Positions 37,303 through 49,934 of a stretch of 64,000 bases of DNA are shown one piece after another (position 1 is the first letter of the stretch; each line of letters opens with the position of its first letter). This DNA is from Chiloscyllium plagiosum (Eukaryota). The stretch lies in contig NC_057719.1 in assembly GCF_004010195.1 (NCBI RefSeq), positions 80,054,709 to 80,118,708 of the forward strand. Direction: 5' to 3'. The position numbers were made by a program, and so were the translations under genes. The notes under the pieces were generated by a model. The model was not told where the DNA came from, did no database searches, and saw nothing but the letters and a program-made list of their open reading frames with translations.

Positions 37303-39254
37303 TGTTATGGTATGGGGTAAACTCTCCTGCTTAACTCCTCAGTTTCTTGGTCTACCTTGGGCTTTTCCACAACATGGGGTGTTGTGGAAAAGCCCCGAAA
37401 GATTGATTTTCCTGCTCCTCGGATGCTGCCTTACCTGCTGTGCTTTTCCAGCACCACTCTAATCTAGACTTTGATTTCCAGCATCTGCAGTACCCACTTC
37501 TGTCTAGTGTAGGATCTCCCCTTCTCCCAACTACGAACCCTCACAGGATGAAATTCTGGCCGGAAGCTCGTCTTATGCACCAATATGTACTCATCTGCTA
37601 ATTCTGATGCTCTTCTCACTTCCTGAACTTTCTGTTCCTCCACATGAGTTCTTACCATCTCTTTTTAAACTCCTCCAGCAGAATAATCTCTTAGATCCTC
37701 AAAAGTCATATCTATTGATCACCCATCGATCAAAATGACTGTTTAATTCTTTCGAACTCAACTCAACATAAGTCTGACCTGGCTCCTCCTCTGTTTCTGA
37801 ACCGCAGTCTATATGTTTCTGGTACTAATTCATAAGCATTTGTCATAGCGTGTTTAACCTCTTCATAATCTCTTGATACTTCATCTGACAGCGCAGCAAA
37901 TACCTCCCCTAGCTCTGCCTGCCAGTTTAGTCTGAATTAGCATTACCTATAAATCTTCAGACCATTCCATCTGCCTAGTCAATTTTTCAAATGAAATAAC
38001 GAAAGCTTCAACATCTTTCTCACCAAAATGTGGCAGAGTTTTGATATATATCTATCTATCCTGTTACTTTAGTGCTGACTAATTTACAACTTCTCGAGTT
38101 TAAATTCTTTGTCTCCCCTTTTCTTCTCTCTTCTCAGCTAAGAACCTTCTCTCTTTTTTTTCCTCTCTCTCCCTCCCTCTCTATCTTCGTACTCCATTGT
38201 CCTCAATTGCAGTTTGTTTTACTACCTGTACTGCACTTGTCTGTTTCTCTGACACACCTGGGTTTGAGTAACTCCCTTACAATTTTAGCTTTACTTTTGT
38301 CCTTAAACCCAAATCTAACTTACTTACTAATTCTAAAAGTATGGCCTTTTTCATTCCTTCTAAACTTTCTTGGCAAATTTGAGAATCTTCCTCCAATCGC
38401 AGAACATCTTTAGCAATTTTAAGAGCCATTTCTCTCATTTCTAATTTAATCAACCACAGGTCACCGAAACTAAACAATTTGCCTCATCTAGTTTTATTTA
38501 AAGATCTAGGACACTAACCTGCAAATGTTTTAAATCTGAGAATTTTCGTACCCTGAATCTATTCAAATCTGTCTAAACCAGTTCAAATCCCAGACTGGAG
38601 TCCTCAAACTGTTATGACACAGGGTAAACTCTCCTCCTTAATTTAAAATCCTCAACACAGAAACTTTATCCCATGCAGTAATCTGTGAAAATTCGAGAGG
38701 CTAAGAACTATTTAAAGTAAAAGTTAACAACTTTATTTCTTACCGTATAACAGAGAATAATTAACCAACAACCATTTATAACCCCTTCCTCTTAACCGAT
38801 CTTTTACTTTCCCTTCTATAATACTAGTGTGATAAAACCCCTGATTAAGATTTACAAAACTACTTATTCAAAACCAGGCAGCTTTCAGTTTTCTCTGTAT
38901 TCCTGTCTTCCTTTTTCTTGGGGATTCTGTTTCGCAGGTCACTGATCAATAAAGGTACCTTTTTAAGAGCTATTTTTCTGGGCAGTGTGCTGACGTCATT
39001 GGTTCGGCAGTTCTCCTCCCAATTGTTCCTTTTCTTCCCCCCCTAGTCTTACACTCTCAAAACATAAGATTGTGTCATTGGCTTTTAAGATTGTCAATAA
39101 ACTCAATTCAAATTTGGTATTTTCAGGCCAAATTCAAATTTGTTTTTTTGTCTCCTAGCAACTCACCCTGTGCTATCTGTTCTGAACCAAATGTTACATT
39201 TTGTCTTAGCTTTTAACTCTCTTAAAGGTACAGTACACCCACATCTTCAGAACA
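37303..39254 (-). mobile_element. Ty3/Gypsy (Gmr1-like) LTR retrotransposon remnant: 5' LTR, PBS, gag, stub of 3' LTR
   Basis: TG...CA LTR at 38610-39254; its edge recurs at 37303; ATTT 4-bp TSD; minus strand encodes KTLPHFGEKDVEAFVISFEK...AYELVPETYR (Gmr1/SCAN-type gag); decayed tRNA-Pro-like PBS at ~38588-38608. Confidence 0.8.
37392..37503 (+). mobile_element. PLE family A terminal fragment inside the Gypsy remnant
   Basis: gatgctgccttacctgctgtgcttttccagca...catctgcag. Confidence 0.7.
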
Positions 39255-39744
39255 ATTTGGCACATAATGTATTCCAGAAACAGTTAATTTCTCTGATTTT
39301 GATTTAAGTATCAAATGAATAAGCTCAAATTTGTCTTATCTGGCAGATGAGATCGACTTGCAGTTGTATCTAGTAATCTTAAACTCAAAAATGTTGTGTT
39401 GCTTTAATACACATCTAGTACTTTCTAGGCTTTAAGCTTGAACCACTGTTTTGATGGTATAAGTTCCTCTTCATTACAATAACTAGAGCCTCCAGTCTTC
39501 ATTAGGACATGGCTGCCTATATTGTTTTGACGCTGGTACAGTTGCATTTTCTGTTTGAGTTGTAAATGTTGGTCTCCAAGTTGATGTAATTTGTCTATCC
39601 TGTTGTCTCCAAAATTATTATTTAAATATTCATTAAACATTACAGTGTACCCTTGGCTCTGAATTGTTGCACTATTAATCAGATCCAAATATGCTTGTGT
39701 TCCTTGTTCCTTGTTCCTGAAAGATCCGTTTTAATAAATTCCAG

Positions 39745-39876
39745 ATAATCCATGGGATCTAGAAATCAGGAAACAATTGCTTTCGTCCCTACTCATGCCG
39801 TTGAGTTCATTCCCAGAGTTCCATGTTCAGAATGGCCCAGTACCTACATTTGAAGATGGACTTGAGCTAACTCTAG
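39745..39876 (+). CDS. BUB1B: BUB1B exon, kinase N-terminal extension (NPWDLEIRKQLL...)
   Basis: ttccag acceptor, TAG|gtaaga donor; NPW..R.QLL motif of BUB family. Confidence 0.93.
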
Positions 39877-40475
39877 GTAAGAAACCGTATATGTTGCTGC
39901 GTTCAAATCACCAGGTGGTACTTTGATACAAGTGGCTTGGAAAAGAAGCATAAATTTAATGAGTTCAAAATTGTAATGGGGCCTGTCTGACCCAAAGTGG
40001 TTTAACAGCTGATGTTGGGTAAGTGTTGGCTTTCGTCAAACAATTTTATGTTGGATGTCTGCAGAGAAAATTGGGAATTCCATGCACTGAATCTTCAATA
40101 CTGTATTCACGTCATTATAAATAGCTAGTTGTGTTTATATTTTATTGGCTTTTAATTACAGATTTCGTCTTAGTCTGATTTGTAATGGTTAACCACTTGT
40201 TACTTGGAGTAGATGTTCTCATTTGTGCTCCTGAAATTTTTAAAAATTCTTCTTTTCAGGATGAGTGAATGTGAGCTGAATTTTTCCAGGTACCACTCTA
40301 GAGAAACTTTTAACTGATATAACCTTGGGCTAAATTGTTAACTTTGCTCTCCAGAACTGTAGTCATGACGATGAAGGTTTCTATACTCATTTGCAACTAA
40401 AGGTGTGACACATCAGCTAGTGAGGATCCATGGAAGTGTAGATCTGAAAAACGAAGTAGAGTAGGTTAATAAATA

Positions 40476-40608
40476 GGAGAAAGTGAGGACTGCAAATGCT
40501 GGAGATCAGAGCTTTAAAAAAAAGGAAGAAGGGTTTATGCCCGAAATGTCAATTGTCCTGCTCCTTTGATGCGGCCTGACCTGCTGCGCTTTTCCAGCAA
40601 TGCATTTT
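40476..40608. mobile_element. Short PLE family A derivative
   Basis: Inverted terminus plus gaagaagggtttatgcccgaaatgtc; TSD TAGGTTAA(T/C)AAATA (40462-40475, 40609-40622). Confidence 0.8.
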
Positions 40609-42576
40609 TAGGTTAACAAATATCCAAGTTGTTGTCATGCTACATGGGAGCTTTGTTAGAGTACATCAAAGAAACTGCAATGTCCTTGTCAGTGAATATC
40701 AATGTGTAAGTTCCCAGCAGTTCAGCACAAGACTTGAATTGTTGGACTTACTGCAAGTGGTAGGTTTTCTTGTGTCCCCCAGCCTGGAGCTTACATGGTA
40801 TTGAAAACTACTAGGTCATCTTAAAAGGATTTCAATATTTTGGTCTGCACACAACTATGATGGAAACCTTTGCAGCCAGCAACAGTAGCTTGTGCAATTT
40901 TGTTACAGAGATCTGGACAAGGATTTTCTTTGAAATAAACAACAGTTTGTCTTTTATCTAACATTTTTTAATGGAATGAAGCATGAATGTAATCAAGCAA
41001 AATCTGTCACCTTTAGGTCCCCCATCTAAATATTAAAATGTACCCTGCCCCAAACCTTTGGAGTGTCTTAATGAGCAGATGGGGGCAATGCAGAATGAGT
41101 TCTCACCCAACCTCCCTATGTCTGGTCCTGCTCCCTCACACACACTGGGAAGGGGTTGGACCGGTTAAGAAGATAGCAATGCACCTCTTCTTCTAATGCT
41201 TCATTTGCCCTGGTCTGTGCTGTTTGTATAAATGCAAGTCATAACTTCCCTTGATGATCCCCTCAGGTTAGCCAAATCCTGTCCTTCTGCCCACTGGCTG
41301 CGTCTCATTTCTCTTTTCTCCTGGTTCCACTGAACACTATCACCACCAACTCCAGTAAGCCCATCAGTAGCAAATGCAGAAAAAAAGTGGCCCCGAGTAT
41401 CCTTGCCAATTTTTCCAGTTTCATTTAACTGCATTTGAACAGCAGCTCAGTAGGCCACATTGGACTCCTTGGTAAGGTACATTGAGGTCTGTATGCTACT
41501 GGCTGGACTAGCCTAGTTCAAAGCATTTTACTCTTTAAAATGATTTGTGTACTTATTGGTAAATTCTTAAGTATTTTAATTCTTGCTACTTCTGCATTGA
41601 CAGGTTTACAAACCAGATTCCTTGTACTAGTTCATTTCATGGTAGTACTTCATACAACTTGAAAGCGTTGCCCTTTTAATCAGGGAAATCAGAATGTATC
41701 TTGGTTCCAGCCTCTTGGTGTAATTAATGCAGTTATTGATTGTATGAAAATGGAACAAAGTTGTACTATCTTCAAGCTCTAAAATTTGCTGTTTAAATTG
41801 TTTTTGGCTGAAGCTCGTTTTTTTAAGTATTGGTCATCTATCTAACGATTCTTTTAGGTTTTTAAGGAGAATTTTGTAGGTCACATTTAATATAACTGTC
41901 CCATTTTGAATGTGTTTCCCCTTTTCTTTTGCTGTAATTTGTCAAAAGTGATATTTAAATTCTGTCAAATGATAGTATAGAAATATTGAGGAATAAGAGC
42001 AAAGGCTAACCCAAATCTCTAGTATCGAATGCTGCGGCAACATATTTTGTTTTTAATGGGCTTTTTGGCCAGCTGCCAAAATGTTTTTTTAATAAAGGTA
42101 TTTGATGTAGTAATCCTAAATCAATGTACCTCAGTTGCTATCTGTTTCACTTTTCCTGTTTGTTGTAACTCAAATGATGATACTCACCTGAGCCAAAAGC
42201 TAGTGGGGGTTCAAGTACCACTCGAAGGTAGTGCTGGAGTGTCAGCCTCTGTTAAATGTTGCACTGTCTGAAGCATCTGTTTTTAGATAACTTGTTAAAA
42301 TTCAGGCTTCATCTGCCAATATGTTGACATAACTGATTACTTTTCATTGTTTTGGAGAAGAGTCTTCCCTGGGGCCCTGGCTAATCTTGATCCATCAACC
42401 AGCACCTCAAAACAAGTTCTCTGATCATGTACGTGTGTGTTGTTTGTTCAAACTTGTATGTGAATTAGTAGCCATGTTGCCAATATTAAGAATACTTCAT
42501 TAGTCATTTAAAAAAAAAATGGCTCTTGAGATTGTGAATGGTACTATAGCCAGGTAAATGCATTTTATTTCTACAG

Positions 42577-42677
42577 GTTCACAAACGTTTAATATTAAAC
42601 TAGCAGCAGTACATGAGCAGTACCGTGTATTCTATGGAACCAATCCAAGATTGAGCTTGTCCAGAGCTATTATTAAG
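42577..42677 (+). CDS. BUB1B: BUB1B exon, kinase beta1-beta3 (degenerate Gly-loop; AIIK lysine)
   Basis: tttctacag acceptor, AAG|gtaggt donor; 101 nt, phase 1 to 0. Confidence 0.9.
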
Positions 42678-43454
42678 GTAGGTATCTTGTCAATATATTA
42701 AAAAACAACAGCCTTTCTTTCCAGCAGTGTCAGGTGTTTTGTAGTTTTGGGTAACAAAAATACCTGGTCCAAACTGTTGCTGTTTAGTTTTGTTGTTGAT
42801 CAGCACTAAAGTGTGGCCATTTTGGAAGCTCTTTTACTGGAGAGGATCTTAATGGATATTAGAGATGAATGAATGTGACCCATCTTTTTCAGTCTATACA
42901 CAATTTAATACATTAATATTGATATATTGGAAATTCTTTAAAGACCTATTTTGGTAAAATGAAAACCTGCAACTGGTCCAGCAGTGCGTTTTTATTTGCT
43001 GTGTAAGTATGGATCATGGAGTCATATTAGACTTGCATAGTGTTTGAAGTGGGAGCATTATCCCTTTTACTATAATTGGTTTGATGGAAGTGTATGCAAG
43101 CATCTTGGGGCTAAGCCCTCTCTTTAACAGCCGAGTCTGAGGATGTTGTCTAGTTAACCTAAAATTTGTATTTGTACGAAACAAAACAATCCTGTGGTGC
43201 ATTACCAACCAGTCTTAAGATGTGGGTGCTCTACAATCTATCTGTAGATCTCTGTTGAAGGTAAAAAATGAGTCAAAATTCCATGCCTGTCCTGTTGTAT
43301 CACATCTGTAGTTGCTGGGGAAAAAAATGTTCATTCAAATATGTATTAAATGTCTGAAATATTTCGATGCTTTTCTGATATTTGGCTGTAAATTGAAAAC
43401 CGGGTCCTGCTGCACCCCTGTTTAGCCTGTTTGCACTTGGCTATGCACAACAGA

Positions 43455-43900
43455 AAATCAGAGGTGTGGAATACTTTCCACTTGCCTGGATGCATGCAAA
43501 TTGAACAATGCTTAGCTCAATACAGTTCAGGAAAAAGCTCAAGTTGTCCTCCATCTCACTTTAAATATGCATTCACTCCAGCACACAGTGGCTACAGTAC
43601 ATGATTTACAAATTACAATCGACCAATTTGCAAAGCTGCTTCAATACACCTGTGACCACAACCACCTAGAAGGATGAGGTTAGCTTGCATGTGGCGATGC
43701 TGTGCAAATCTCTCCATGACACACAGCATCCTGGTTGAAAATATTGATGTTCCTTTGCTAACACAGAAAATCTTGGAACTCCCTTTCTGACAGTGCTGTG
43801 GGAATACCTACACCATAAACACTGCTGATTCAACAAGATACCACATCACACTCCAATGAAATTGCATACTGATAGTAAATGCTTCCCTTGCTAGTGACAT
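43455..43900 (+). mobile_element. Decayed LINE 3' end, second family
   Basis: ggaatactttccacttgcctggatg matches the reverse complement of 19220-19250. Confidence 0.55.
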
Positions 43901-45437
43901 AAACACTACATGAAGAGCCAAACTAATTGCCAGAAGGGTGAGATATTTGATATACTATAAATGGCTGGCTTTGGAATAACACCCCAATGTAGGAAATAAA
44001 ATTAAAATTCCATTGAGTAGGTTTTTTAGATGTACTCCGAGGAATACACTCTGATTGCCAAAGTGAAGACTTTCAAGGCATTGTTCCTTGAATCCTGCTT
44101 TAGTGTATGTACGTGTGACCTTTCCTGATGTTTGAAGAATGGTTATGGATTTTGTTGTCCTTCTCGTGACTTTACTGAGGGTCAGCTTGAGCTGACTTCA
44201 CAATAGCAAGACTGTCTCTGGCAACTTTGGGAAATCTGTGGCATTTTCACAAAACTGAAATTGGTGGAGAAACCGTGCAGGTCTGGTGGCATCTGTGGAG
44301 AGAAAGCAAAATTAATGTTTTGGGATCAGTTATCCTTTAGAATTGATATTTGAGCAGTTTGCAGAGGCTGTCTTGGGGTTGCCAAGACTGAACAGCAATA
44401 AAGATAATAGTGGACTATAGTTTCCATGAATGTTTTCAAAGGCTTTGAAAATGCAAATGTACAATAATCCTTTCCTTTAGCAGACAATGTTTTGTAGATC
44501 AATAGATTTATGACTGTGAAAACATCTGACTAGTGATGGTAATGTAGGAGATAGAGCTCTTCAACTGGAAAAGGCTTCTAAAGTATACACCATGAGGCCT
44601 AGAATTTTAACAATGGAATTGGTGGATTTCAGCTAATTTGAGGTTGGCCAGGTTATGTGGGATTTTTGTGGATGAGAGGAGAGAAAAAGAGGAGGATGGT
44701 ATTTAGAATGAAGAAGGTATTAGTATTGGAGATGTCTAGCTTGAGCACACACATCCTGATTCAGTTCAAAAACAACATTCCCCTTTGCAACTTGAATTTA
44801 TATAGGCCTTTTAAAGGAGAAGGTGTTCCAAGAGGTTTCAGAGATATTGGATATATTTGGGCCTCTAATTGATGGGCAAAAATCAAATTGCTACTACTGT
44901 TCCAATATTCCCCCACCAGACCTTTTCTAATCAACCTGTTATTGCACCCTCTGGAGTAAGTGGGGCTTGAACCTGGGTATCAGGCACCACAAATGCCCTC
45001 ATGATTGTACTCCTGAGCCACATAAGGACTTAATGTGCTGGTGACCAAAAGCTTGGTTGATTTTAGGTTGGTTATAAGAATGATCTTGGGGGATTTGAGC
45101 TTGGGCTTTAAGCAACTGAACATAAGCTCTCGACTGGTGAAGTGAAGGAAGTCATGCATGCATAAACAGAGATTTAGAGGAGTGCAGAGATCTGTTATCT
45201 GGTAGGAACTGGTTGGGTATGAGATTATGGAAGGATTTGAATACCCAGATAGGGTTTTGAAATCAGCATTGCTGAGTCTATAAGTGGGCAGGTAATAGGT
45301 GAGTGGGACATTGTGTACATTAGGATATGGACAAAGTTTTGGATGATTGCTGGAATTTTACAAGTCGCTTTTATTTGAAGTACTTATAATATTAGGCAGA
45401 CATCTTCACTGACCTCTTATCATTTTCCCTCAAACAG

Positions 45438-45599
45438 GTGCATTCACATACAGTGCCTTGGGACTTCTACATCAATCAGCAACTTAGGATGCGGCTTGGT
45501 TCCAAGTTTAATAATTACTTCAGTCAGAATCACAGCTGCTACTTGTTTGAGAATGGATGTGTGACAGTGGATCGGGGCAAGAACTGTGAAACTCTACAG
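45438..45599 (+). CDS. BUB1B: BUB1B exon (VHSHTVPWDFYINQQL...ENGCV...TLQ)
   Basis: caaacag acceptor, CAG|gtgaga donor; VPWDFYIN as in human BUBR1. Confidence 0.95.
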
Positions 45600-45814
45600 G
45601 TGAGATAATCACTGAGAAATATAAAACCTGTTGCATTGGGGTAGTGGTGAATAACTTGCTCCAGCTCATACTGGCTGTTCTTTCTTTAGCTATTTTCCTA
45701 TCTCGCTTGCCATCATTACTTTTAGAGAAATTAGAGGATATGATAACTGATTCATAGATCTCTCTTCATAGTGGAGAAAGCCAATGGGCTGTGTTCCTTT
45801 TGAACAATGTTGTT

Positions 45815-46280
45815 CAATGCAGATTTACAAAGATGACACCTGGACTTTAGGGTTTCAGTTATGAGGAGAGTTTGGACAAATTAGTCCTTTTATTCTTTAG
45901 AATTTATAAGGTTGAAGGACGGTTCTGATCAAAGCATTCAGGATATTAAGGAAAAGACAGTAGACAAAGATATAAACTATTTCCACCGTTTGAAGGTTCT
46001 AGCCTTGGGGGCATAGTTTAAGAATTAAGGTTACTCAAGAGTTCTTGGAAAGCACTTTTATACTCTGTAATAGAGGTTTGGAACTCTCTCTCTTCCTTAA
46101 GCAGCGGTCGATCTGAATTCAGTTAATAAAAATTTGTCTATGTCAGCTTTAAACTTAAGCAGAGGTCTCTAGGGATAAAGGCCCAAAGCAGGCTTATGAA
46201 GTAGGCCATAGATCAGCCATGATCACATTGAATGGTAGAGCAGGCTCCAGGGGCTGCATGACCTAATCCTGTTTATCTGT
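45815..46280 (+). mobile_element. Decayed CR1 3' end
   Basis: gatcagccatgatcacattgaatggtagagcaggctc tail. Confidence 0.7.
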
Positions 46281-47008
46281 TCATAAAAAGTAATTATCTG
46301 ACAACTGTGGTCAATGACTTAATCAGTACAACATCAGGGATGAATTCATGAGGAAGACTTGTCTAACTTTCACTGTCCTAGTGAATCTGCTATTATTGTA
46401 GCTTAATCGAGGTGGGACAGGAAAAGATGACCCTGACTGTCCAGTCCCAATCTGGTAACTCTCACTTCTAAATGTTTCGTGTAATAAATCAGAACAGTCC
46501 AAGGTTTGGTGGTTTCCATTTTCATGAATACCCTGTGTGAAAGCAGACCCATTGTCTGCTAATGCTTCATCCTGAAATTGATTTCCATGGTGGTTTGCCT
46601 TCCAGTCTCGGGCAAGGTGAGGAGGCAAATCTCAAGCCCATCTCCGTCAGAATGGAAATTGAACCTGTGGGTCTAGGCATTATCCTTAAGCACATATCCA
46701 TCTCACCAGTTGTGTCCTTGACGTGACTAGCATATTTATTAATTTATTGTCTGAAGGTTGGCTATTTAGGTAAGGAACCAGCGGGCAGCCAGAACATCAG
46801 AGCCATATGCTGACTTAACCTTTTTATATATTTTAAGTGGCAAGGAGAGAATGAAGACTTAATAGAAAATTCCAGTGATCCCTGGTTGTTTATCTATAGG
46901 ACACAATAGAGTGCAATTTGTTTTAGTACAATGGTTGCATGTTAGAGGTGACGACATTATAGTTTGTTACTGGTTAACATTTTGGAATGTCACATAAGTG
47001 AATAGTGA

Positions 47009-47294
47009 ACTGCTGCCTTGCAGCGCCAGAGACCCGGGTTCAATTCCCGACTCAGGCGACTGACTGTGTGGAGTTTGCACGTTCTCCCCGTGTCTGCGTG
47101 GGTTTCCTCCGGGTGCTCCGGTTTCCTCCCACAGTCCAAAGATGTGCAGGTTAGGTGAATTGGCCATGCTAAATTGCCCGTAGTGTTAGGTAAGGGGTAA
47201 ATGTAGGGGTATGGGTGGGTTTCGCTTCGGCGGGTCGGTGTGGACTTGTTGGGCCGAAGGGCCTGTTTCCACACTGTAATCTAATCTAATCTAA
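47009..47294 (+). mobile_element. HE1-type V-SINE (5'-truncated)
   Basis: B box ggttcaattcc; V-domain tgtgtggagtttgcacgttctccccgtgtctgcgtgggtttcctccgg; CR1-like tail plus (ATCTA)n. Confidence 0.9.
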
Positions 47295-47457
47295 AAAAAA
47301 TAGTAAGGTTGCTAGTATTTCTTGATCCTTTTTGTACAAATTATTCTGGGGATTTTTGAGTCCTTAACTCATGATAATAAAGCCTAATCCATACCAGTCA
47401 AGGCTAAATTATCTTTGCATTCCAGTAGCTGTTCACCTTTTGTTTTCCTTTTTATAG

Positions 47458-47600
47458 GGTCTGTCTCAGATGTGGGAAACTGTGCCAGAAGCACTGGTGG
47501 TGTTTCTGACACTTGACTTACTGGCTTTAGTGGAACTGATGCACACAGCTGAAATTGTTCATGGGGGCATAGCACCAGAAACACTCGTCATGGATGACAG
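47458..47600 (+). CDS. BUB1B: BUB1B exon with catalytic-loop region (AEIVHGGIAPET)
   Basis: ctttttatag acceptor, AG|gttagt donor; aligns with human HKAEIVHGDLSP. Confidence 0.95.
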
Positions 47601-48269
47601 GTTAGTTTAAAATGATTTACAAAGCTTCCAGCAGTAAATTGCCTTACTTGCATGACCTTGGGATAATTTGAGCAATAGGTTGGAGCTAGTGTTCAATTTT
47701 CAGGAGTTTAGAATTGGAATTTTGCCTCAGTCTGTGCAAAGCATTATACCTGCCTAATGCTGAAATATGCCTAGTAAGAGTCAGCATAGATTGAGGCTTC
47801 GAACGATGAAGGAAACCACCACCATCATCTACTCTAATATCTCTACATTTTTCCATAATGGAAGAAAGGAATGAGACTTTGGTAATAGCAAAGAGTAAGC
47901 TGCCATTGTTGATCGAAGGACTGAATACCACAGAGAATTGCTTTTGAACTTTAAGTATAGTTGTTGTGCAATATATCTCCAGAGGATTATAATGGAGTGG
48001 TCAATTCAGTACTGTTGAGCTTCATTTGCAATTTCCAGTGTCAATACACTAATGCTTCGGTCATCCATGGCATGTTCACAACTTTAGCCATTGTATTTGA
48101 CCTTGCTGCTGTGTCCCATTAATTTAATATTGAGCATTGCTGGAATAAACCCATTTTGTAAATGTGTTTTGTCTTGCACTCATTAAGGAAATTTGTAAGA
48201 ATTTCAAGAGAAAACAATATGCTGTATGAGAGGAAATTGGTTGGCAAAAGAGCTTCTTTTAATATTCAT

Positions 48270-48735
48270 TTGAGATCTGGGCATTGCTTGAGTGGGCCAG
48301 CATTTTTTTTTTTTGCCTGTCCCTAGTTGCCCTTGAAAATGGTGACCTGATTTCTTGAAACACTACAACTGTTATAGGTAGACCCCAAATAGCACGAGAG
48401 AGTGTTTCAGATTTTTGAAACTACAGCAATAAGTAGCTGTGACATTTTTCCAAGTCAAAATAACATGCAATTTGAAAGTGAACTTGCAGGTGGTGGTTTT
48501 CTTCTAAGTTTTCTTTCTTCAAGTGGAACCAGTCAGAGGTTTGGAAGGTGACGTCTGAGTAACTTTGGTTAATTTCTGCAGTTCATCTTAAAGATGGTAC
48601 ACTGCTACAGAGTATCAATGATGGTGGAGGGATAGATATGGTCCCAATCAAGCAGGCGCTGGAAAAGCAGAGCAGGTCAGGCAGCATTTGAGAAGTAGGA
48701 CAGTTGACGTTTTTGGGCATAAGCCCTTCATTCCA
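48270..48735 (-). mobile_element. LINE 3' end (second family) followed by a PLE family A fragment (48658-48735)
   Basis: Similar to 32520-32930; then ggaaaagcagagcaggtcaggcagc...gggcataagcccttca. Confidence 0.6.
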
Positions 48736-48852
48736 AATTTCAAGCTCGCAAGTTGATTCTGATTGCCTAGAAAACTGAACTAGAGAATTACAGTTACTTG
48801 TCGTCTTGAGCTGAAGCAGATGTAATGTATCAGCTTCAGTACATTACATGAA

Positions 48853-49934
48853 TGAGCAACCTCTATTATCTGAACGAGACGGGTGGGGTATTTTGTTCAG
48901 ATAACTGATCGTATACAAAAGAAGCCATACTGAACATAATTACATGAAAAAGCATGTTTACAGAGTTTTTATTTTATTCAATTGATTGAGTGTTTGTACA
49001 CATTCTATGTTGCTTAAAGATTCATGGTATTTTATAAATAAAATCACTTTTTGGCTAGAGTTTGACTGCAGTCTGAAACGTTTTGCTGACATTTTCCTGT
49101 TTTATCCCGGTCCTTGACAGCAGCCAGCATCTTTTGTTCAGTGCTGTCCCTCCGTCCAGACTAACGAAGTGTTTCCCATCCCTTCTCAGTGACCACCGAA
49201 AGATACAAAATACAGGGGAGCATGAGAGAGGGGGGGATGATTTTTTTCACTCTCTTCAGTTTCTGTCCTGTTTAGGGGCATAATGGTTTATTCTTGTTTC
49301 TCTCCACTTCTCTTCTCCCCCCCCCCAGTCAAGTTTTCCTCCTGTTTATTAGCAAATCACTACGGTTTGCTCTTCCCTCATCAAATAAGAGTTACATTAC
49401 ATTTTCTTGTCATCTGAAAGATTGAACTACTTTTTGTTTGGGGAAAGAAAAGAGTTGTCATGGGATAATGGGAAGAAAAAGCAACAGAAGAAAAGTGCGA
49501 GCATGTTTTTTGACTTAACGCTCTGGAGACTGAGCTGAGGAAAATAATTGTTGGGTTTGCAAAATGGTGCGAGTCATGTTGAGAGGGAATCTCGCTGCTA
49601 GAGCACACAACTCAGGCTTGCACATATGATGTTCTTGTGTGTTCGCAGTCACAAACCTTTGTCCTCGGGGAGAATAAGTATTGGAAAGCCTTTTTATAAA
49701 ATGTGTAGACTTAACTCTAATGTCACATCTTGAGTATATATTTGAAGCTAATTATTTATTAAAGTATACTTGCATCTATAATTCCTGTTCAAATTTACAA
49801 AATGATGCGCTAAATGGATGAGGAATAGAATTTTCCTACTTCAATTGCAATGCATGTACAGGGACCTTGAGATCTTGTTCAAGTAATCTAAAATTCGGAT
49901 AATTGATGATCGGATAACTGAGATTGTTCTGTAT
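48853..49934. mobile_element. Possible non-autonomous Tc1/mariner (pogo/Tigger-like) DNA transposon
   Basis: Imperfect TIRs caacctctattatctga / tcggataactgagattg, ending ctg|ta. Confidence 0.4.

Noticed and set aside
39724..39744. Alternative upstream acceptor (gaaag) for the NPW exon
   Set aside because: Introduces an in-frame TAA; 39745 is the usable acceptor
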